Virus record (IMG/VR): IMGVR_UViG_3300032323_000894
Location: 1 to 64,000 of that record
Origin: a virus
Length of the DNA: 64,000 nucleotides
Reading direction: 5' to 3' (one strand)
The notes under the pieces are model-generated. The model saw only the letters and a program-made list of their open reading frames with translations, was not told the origin of the DNA and ran no database searches. The position numbers and the translations under genes were made by a program. This document shows, piece by piece, positions 59,510-64,000 of the stretch. Each line of letters starts with the position of its first letter. Position 1 is the first letter of the stretch.

Positions 59510-59919
59510 TGCGTCGCAATAAAAAAAAGGACGAGCTGACCCTAGCTGACGTCACTAACAGGCTACGTGGATTCATACTAGATTCTCAAATACAAAATGC
59601 CCATGAACTGAGTGTCATTTTAGGCTGCTCACCATTGTCCGACGAGCTGCAGGAAAAAGAAGAAGAAGAAAGCGACAACAGAGTAGACAAAATTGGCTCT
59701 TTGATTCCCCTGCTATATGCTCACGCCCACGTTCTTGCCGAGGGTGCGGTTGAATTTCAAAGGGCAAATGTTAAGAACGAGGCTTTAAAGAACCTTCCAG
59801 ACGAAATGTGGTGGGAAAGCAGGAAATTGATGGAGCAAATGGCTTTATCAGTTCTGCTAGGTTCCGTTTCTCAGCTAGTAGACATGGGTCTTTTAACAGT
59901 AACAAAGAAGAGGAGATAG
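59509..59919 (+). CDS. Hypothetical protein
   Basis: TAATG-coupled to polA. Confidence 0.65.
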   Translation: MRRNKKKDELTLADVTNRLRGFILDSQIQNAHELSVILGCSPLSDELQEKEEEESDNRVDKIGSLIPLLYAHAHVLAEGAVEFQRANVKNEALKNLPDEMWWESRKLMEQMALSVLLGSVSQLVDMGLLTVTKKRR

Positions 59920-59921
59920 TA

Positions 59922-60308
59922 ATGAACAACGCAGACTGGTGGGCAAAAAAACTGCAGCAACAACAACCGCAGGTTCAACAATACCGCCCAGACCCAACTC
60001 CGCCAATGCCTCCGTCTCAGAGGCCTATGGACCCGATGCCTTCCTTTCAGACACCGCCGAATCCAGCGGAGCGTGCGCAGTCATCTAAACAGACTTCTAC
60101 GTGTCCTGAGTGCGGGTCGGTCAACTACATGGCAGTGGCGAATGCGGCTCCGAGGTGCTACGACTGTGGGTATCCCATATCTCAGTCGGGTTCAAGATAC
60201 GGGTCTCTAACAGGAGCTCACGTAGAGGGTTCGGCAAAAGGCGCAAGGGGTAACGACCCTGCCAGTAACTGGAACCCACAAGGAATTATCGGAAGAATTG
60301 GAGAATAG
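59922..60308 (+). CDS. Pro/Gln-rich zinc-ribbon protein
   Basis: GAGGAG SD before ATG 59922; CPEC...CYDC. Confidence 0.7.
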   Translation: MNNADWWAKKLQQQQPQVQQYRPDPTPPMPPSQRPMDPMPSFQTPPNPAERAQSSKQTSTCPECGSVNYMAVANAAPRCYDCGYPISQSGSRYGSLTGAHVEGSAKGARGNDPASNWNPQGIIGRIGE

Positions 60309-60310
60309 TA

Positions 60311-61357
60311 ATGATTAATGCTGACGCACAAAAGGTAATGGCCCAAATTAATAAGAGATTTGGTGCTAACGTCGTAGTTGTAGGTAAAGATGTACGTACA
60401 GATTTAATTACCAGAGTAACCACAGGGTCCACTACCTTTGATTACGTACTAGGTGGGGGATTCCCCGCAAACCAGTGGAATGAGCTTATTGGTGAGGCAT
60501 CTCACGGAAAGACCGCAATTGCGTTAAAGACTATTGCGGCTAACCAAGCAAAAGACCCAGACTATACAACTGTGTGGGTAGCTGCAGAACAATGGGTTCC
60601 TGAGTACGCTGCAATGTGCGGAGTAGACCCTTCTCGTGTTATTGTTATTGAAACCAATATTATGGAGGAAGCGTATGACGCGGTTATTGCTTTTGCTGAA
60701 TCGAAATCAGTTGACGCTATCGTTATTGACTCTCTTCCTGCCCTAGTTCCGTCTCCAGAAGACGAGAAAAACATGGACGAGATGACCGTCGGACGTGGGG
60801 CCCTCATCACTAACAAGTTCTTCCGTAAAGCGGGGGCTGCTATGAAACGCTCCCTAGTAGAAGACGAGCGCCCAATTCTAGGTATTGTTATTAATCAGTA
60901 CCGCATGAAGATTGGCGTAATGCACGGAGACCCTCGAACCACTCCTGGAGGAGAAGGAAAGAACTACGCTTTCTTTACTCGTGCAGAGGTTCGTAGAGAC
61001 GAATGGATTGAGGCGGGCACAGGAGTAAACAAGCAAAGAGTTGGGCAGAGGATAAAGATTCGTGTCCTTAAAAACAAGACGGCCCCACCACAGCGAGTTG
61101 CTTTTGTAGATTTCTATTTTGCCCCGTACAGCATTTACGAACCTGGAGATTACGACGTTGCTAAAGAAATTGCGGCAATGTCTATAGTCAAGGGTATAGT
61201 AGACCGTAAGGGTGGCTGGATTTACTACGGCGACCGTAAGTGGCAGGGACAAGAGGCACTTGTCAATTCCATTAGAGAAGAGGTAGACTTCTTGGAAGAA
61301 CTACGAGATAAAGTAATGACAACCCCAGATTCATTTATAGGAGCGCAGGATGAGTAA
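60311..61357 (+). CDS. recA: RecA-like recombinase
   Basis: TGS..FD..LGGG.P, GEASHGKT, IVIDSL.AL.P, INQYR.KIG, TTPGG, KNKT.PP, G.W.YY. Confidence 0.95.
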   Translation: MINADAQKVMAQINKRFGANVVVVGKDVRTDLITRVTTGSTTFDYVLGGGFPANQWNELIGEASHGKTAIALKTIAANQAKDPDYTTVWVAAEQWVPEYAAMCGVDPSRVIVIETNIMEEAYDAVIAFAESKSVDAIVIDSLPALVPSPEDEKNMDEMTVGRGALITNKFFRKAGAAMKRSLVEDERPILGIVINQYRMKIGVMHGDPRTTPGGEGKNYAFFTRAEVRRDEWIEAGTGVNKQRVGQRIKIRVLKNKTAPPQRVAFVDFYFAPYSIYEPGDYDVAKEIAAMSIVKGIVDRKGGWIYYGDRKWQGQEALVNSIREEVDFLEELRDKVMTTPDSFIGAQDE

Positions 61358-61565
61358 AATGAACGAGTTATCAATTTCAGACATGGAAGACAGCTACGCA
61401 GAGCACGTGGAAGAGCAGCGCCAAGAACTTCGTAAAGAAGGGGCTGAAGAACTTCGTAAAGATATTCTGCGCGAGCTAGAGAGCTTAAAAATTAAGGCCT
61501 GGACATCTCAGGAAAGAATCGCTTATGAAGCAGCAATTATTGTTGTTGGGCGTGCAAATATTTAA
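61350..61565 (+). CDS. Hypothetical protein
   Basis: 71-aa helical ORF overlapping the recA stop. Confidence 0.6.
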   Translation: MSKMNELSISDMEDSYAEHVEEQRQELRKEGAEELRKDILRELESLKIKAWTSQERIAYEAAIIVVGRANI

Positions 61566-61888
61566 TGAAAAGTGTTGGCCAGAAGGAATCCCAGAAGCAT
61601 GAAAAGCGAATTGCTAAAGCCATTGGAGGGCAAACCACGGCTGCTTCAGGAGCCTTCTGGTCACGCAAAGGCGACGTTAGAAGTACAGGGTTATTGGTCG
61701 AGCATAAATGGACAGGTAAAAAGTCCAAAACAATACAGTCTGCTGAACTTAAAAAAATAACAACTGAAGCAATCATAGATGGTAGGACACCAGTGTTTGG
61801 CCTTCATCTAGACGGTGAAGACTACGTTATACTTTTAGAGACAGACTTTTTAGAGTTATGGAACAAACTAAATGACACTCCCGCATGA
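61565..61888 (+). CDS. Holliday junction resolvase-like PD-(D/E)xK nuclease
   Basis: HEKRIAK..GG....SGA....KGDV......EHK.T. Confidence 0.75.
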   Translation: MKSVGQKESQKHEKRIAKAIGGQTTAASGAFWSRKGDVRSTGLLVEHKWTGKKSKTIQSAELKKITTEAIIDGRTPVFGLHLDGEDYVILLETDFLELWNKLNDTPA

Positions 61889-62285
61889 CGGTGACCTCTC
61901 GTGGTATGACGATGCCGCTTGTAGAGGCGCTGATACGGAGTTGTTCTATCCTCCAAGGGACAAGGCTAAATACAAAAAGATTGCTAATGAAGCCAAAACT
62001 TACTGTTTTGGAATTTCAGGAAAAACCCCTTGCCCTGTTAGAATGAATTGTCTTTGGGACGCTATTATCCGAGATGAGCAACATGGCATCTGGGGAGGAA
62101 TGTCTCACAGAGAAAGAAATGCTTTAATTAGAAAATGGGAACGCAAGTACAAAGGGACTATGACTTTGAAAGAATACATCTTTCAATTGGATACGAGGAG
62201 AGAAAACAATGCCAGCACCAAAAACGGACCTATGGAAATTCTTAGACGCAAAGGCAAAGCCAACACGTCTACTAGGCGATATTGA
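61872..62285 (+). CDS. whiB: WhiB-family Fe-S transcription factor
   Basis: W...AAC...D.ELFYP, AK..C.....CPV...CL, GIWGG.S..ER. Confidence 0.9.
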   Translation: MTLPHDGDLSWYDDAACRGADTELFYPPRDKAKYKKIANEAKTYCFGISGKTPCPVRMNCLWDAIIRDEQHGIWGGMSHRERNALIRKWERKYKGTMTLKEYIFQLDTRRENNASTKNGPMEILRRKGKANTSTRRY

Positions 62286-63057
62286 GCGCCACCTACTAAA
62301 GCGACCTGTTGGAGACCGTGATTACACGGTACTGCATCCTTCTGACATTATTAAGCGTGATTGGTGTAAGCGTTCTTCTTACTTCTTATTGCGTGGTCAT
62401 GAGCGTATTGCTGAAAAACCAAACCTTAGACTGCAGTCAATCTTTGATGAAGGCCATGCTATCCACGCTAAATGGCAGGCTTGGTTTCAGGAAATGGGCG
62501 TACTTCACGGCAAGTTTAAATGTGTTTCTTGTCACGAAATAACTTGGGGAACCTCTCCCTCTGAGTGTAGTAAGTGTGGTTGGAAAACCTTAGAATATGC
62601 TGAAGTAACTTTAGTGGATAAAGATTTGCGCATAGCTGGGCACACAGACGGTTGGATAAAAGGTATCGGAGACGACTGCCTTATAGAGATTAAGTCAATT
62701 GGCCCAGGAACTATTCGGTCAGAAGCCCCTAACCTTATGATGGAGGCCGATGGAGACTTCATGAAAGCGTGGAGTACTGTTCGTAAGCCTTTTGGTCCAC
62801 ACGTTTTGCAGGGCCAGATTTACCTTGAGTTGATGAAGCGAATGGGAAATTCTGTTGATGAGATTGTATTCTTGTACGAACTAAAGGCTGACCAGTCTTA
62901 CAAGGAATTCACCGTTAAAGCAGACTACTCGTTAGTAGAGCATGTTTTTGATGGTGCTAAATTTGTCGTAGATGCAGTGGCCGCAGGCATTGCTCCAGAC
63001 TGCTCTAACAACCCTGGCAGTATCTGCAAGCAGTGCGCCCCTTACAAGGAGGCATAA
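62209..63057 (+). CDS. Cas4-like PD-(D/E)xK exonuclease
   Basis: HPS...WC.R, G...H, GHTDG, IEIKS, Q...Y; C-terminal C...C..C. Confidence 0.82.
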   Translation: MPAPKTDLWKFLDAKAKPTRLLGDIERHLLKRPVGDRDYTVLHPSDIIKRDWCKRSSYFLLRGHERIAEKPNLRLQSIFDEGHAIHAKWQAWFQEMGVLHGKFKCVSCHEITWGTSPSECSKCGWKTLEYAEVTLVDKDLRIAGHTDGWIKGIGDDCLIEIKSIGPGTIRSEAPNLMMEADGDFMKAWSTVRKPFGPHVLQGQIYLELMKRMGNSVDEIVFLYELKADQSYKEFTVKADYSLVEHVFDGAKFVVDAVAAGIAPDCSNNPGSICKQCAPYKEA

Positions 63058-63518
63058 TGTCTGCATTAGATAAGTTTCAAGACTGGGGCCTTACATTTAG
63101 AAAGCCAAGTGACAATCAGGTAGAACTACCAAATGACATTACGATGCTAAACTCAGAACAGCTGGGAGAAATATTTACCAGACTTACTGCGTGGACAGAC
63201 TACATTGCGTCACAACTTGTTCACGCACAGTTAGATGAGCGTGCAGCACAAAAAGTTCTGGAGTACAATGAGAACCTCATGCTAGTCAAAAGGCTAGGGA
63301 GTGGCATTCGAGGGGAACGTGTAACCACCGTTAAAGCAGAAATTGCAATTGACGAAAACATTGTTCAACTTAGTAATCAGTACGAAGAAAAGTATGCGTA
63401 CAGAAAACTTGTAGAAATGCTGCTTCATAATCATGAACGTGACCTGTCCTTAGTCAGCCGAGAGATTACTCGTCGCTCCAATGACTCAAGGGCACTTAGA
63501 AAGGAATATGGCGTCTAA
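63057..63518 (+). CDS. Hypothetical coiled-coil protein (possible recombination mediator)
   Basis: GGAGG SD and TAATG start; helical; ends ...LVSREITRR. Confidence 0.55.
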   Translation: MSALDKFQDWGLTFRKPSDNQVELPNDITMLNSEQLGEIFTRLTAWTDYIASQLVHAQLDERAAQKVLEYNENLMLVKRLGSGIRGERVTTVKAEIAIDENIVQLSNQYEEKYAYRKLVEMLLHNHERDLSLVSREITRRSNDSRALRKEYGV

Positions 63519-63811
63519 TGACCACACCAACCGATAGCACTCTTCAAGCATCAACCCCTCTGGAAATCACCGTGTATACAAACCCCAACTGCGTACAATG
63601 CGTTCAGACAAAAAAGTATTTTGATGCAAATGAGGTCCCGTACTCTGTAGTAGACCTTTCTGAAGACAAAGCAGCGTTGGACATGGTTCTAGAGCTAGGG
63701 TTTACTTCCGCCCCAGTGGTTATCGCCAATAAAGAAAAGTGGTCAGGATTTAGAATGGGCAAGCTGTCCGATACAGTACACGCATACAAACTAAGCATTA
63801 GGGGTAAGTAA
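63518..63811 (+). CDS. nrdH: NrdH-like glutaredoxin
   Basis: ITVYT.P.CVQC..TK...G...APVV.....WSGFR. Confidence 0.88.
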   Translation: MTTPTDSTLQASTPLEITVYTNPNCVQCVQTKKYFDANEVPYSVVDLSEDKAALDMVLELGFTSAPVVIANKEKWSGFRMGKLSDTVHAYKLSIRGK

Positions 63812-63814
63812 CTG

Positions 63815-64000
63815 ATGGGGAGGGCGGTAGGTTACGAGCCAAGATTCGATAGAGACCTAGAACGTGGCAATGTTGGAGAAGACCTACTAGAGCTGTTTTT
63901 TGCTGATGGCGAAGACAACAATATGTTTGAGGTTAAGACGGATTACCGAATTAACGAAACAGGCAATATCTACGTAGAGACCCACAAGTATAGAAAAGCT
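63815..64000 (+). CDS. Partial PD-(D/E)xK-like nuclease (runs off the window)
   Basis: Read directly: MGRAVGYEPRFDRDLERGNVGEDLL...FEVKTDYRINETGNIYVETHKYRKA. Confidence 0.55.
   Translation, partial: MGRAVGYEPRFDRDLERGNVGEDLLELFFADGEDNNMFEVKTDYRINETGNIYVETHKYRKA

Noticed and set aside
62209-63057. CRISPR-Cas system suggested by the Cas4-like gene
   Set aside because: No repeat-spacer array or other cas genes seen; stand-alone Cas4-like nucleases are common in phage recombination modules.

Overview
A 64-kb segment of a large contractile-tailed (myovirus-type) dsDNA phage. All credible genes lie on the + strand, and many are joined by TAATG stop/start overlaps. A WhiB regulator, an NrdH-like redoxin and several leaderless-type starts point to an actinobacterial host; the moderate GC content suggests a lower-GC, possibly freshwater, lineage (inference). 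Gene order: KTSC protein, terminase, portal, scaffold, major capsid and head-tail adaptor (1-8.9 kb). Next is a ~22-kb accessory island (8.9-30.7 kb) with a collagen-like fibre, tiny adaptor proteins, beta-propeller repeat proteins, three glycosyltransferase-like genes and two paralogous dUTPase-fold-like genes. Ten tiny, mostly Lys-rich ORFs follow (30.7-32.8 kb), then sheath, tube, chaperone, tape measure and baseplate (33-49 kb). The replication/recombination module (49.5-64 kb) holds an initiator with a putative internal origin, DnaC-like loader, DnaB, primase, SNF2 helicase, SSB, PolA, RecA, resolvase, WhiB, Cas4-like nuclease and NrdH. The best candidate for an undescribed system is the accessory island, which reads like a plug-and-socket, branched and probably glycosylated fibre assembly anchored at the head/neck. 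Other signals: a likely +1 frameshift in the tail chaperone, hairpins with anti-Shine-Dalgarno loops, unannotated micro-ORFs, and apparent GATC/CCGG avoidance. All family assignments are by eye from motifs; no searches were run.
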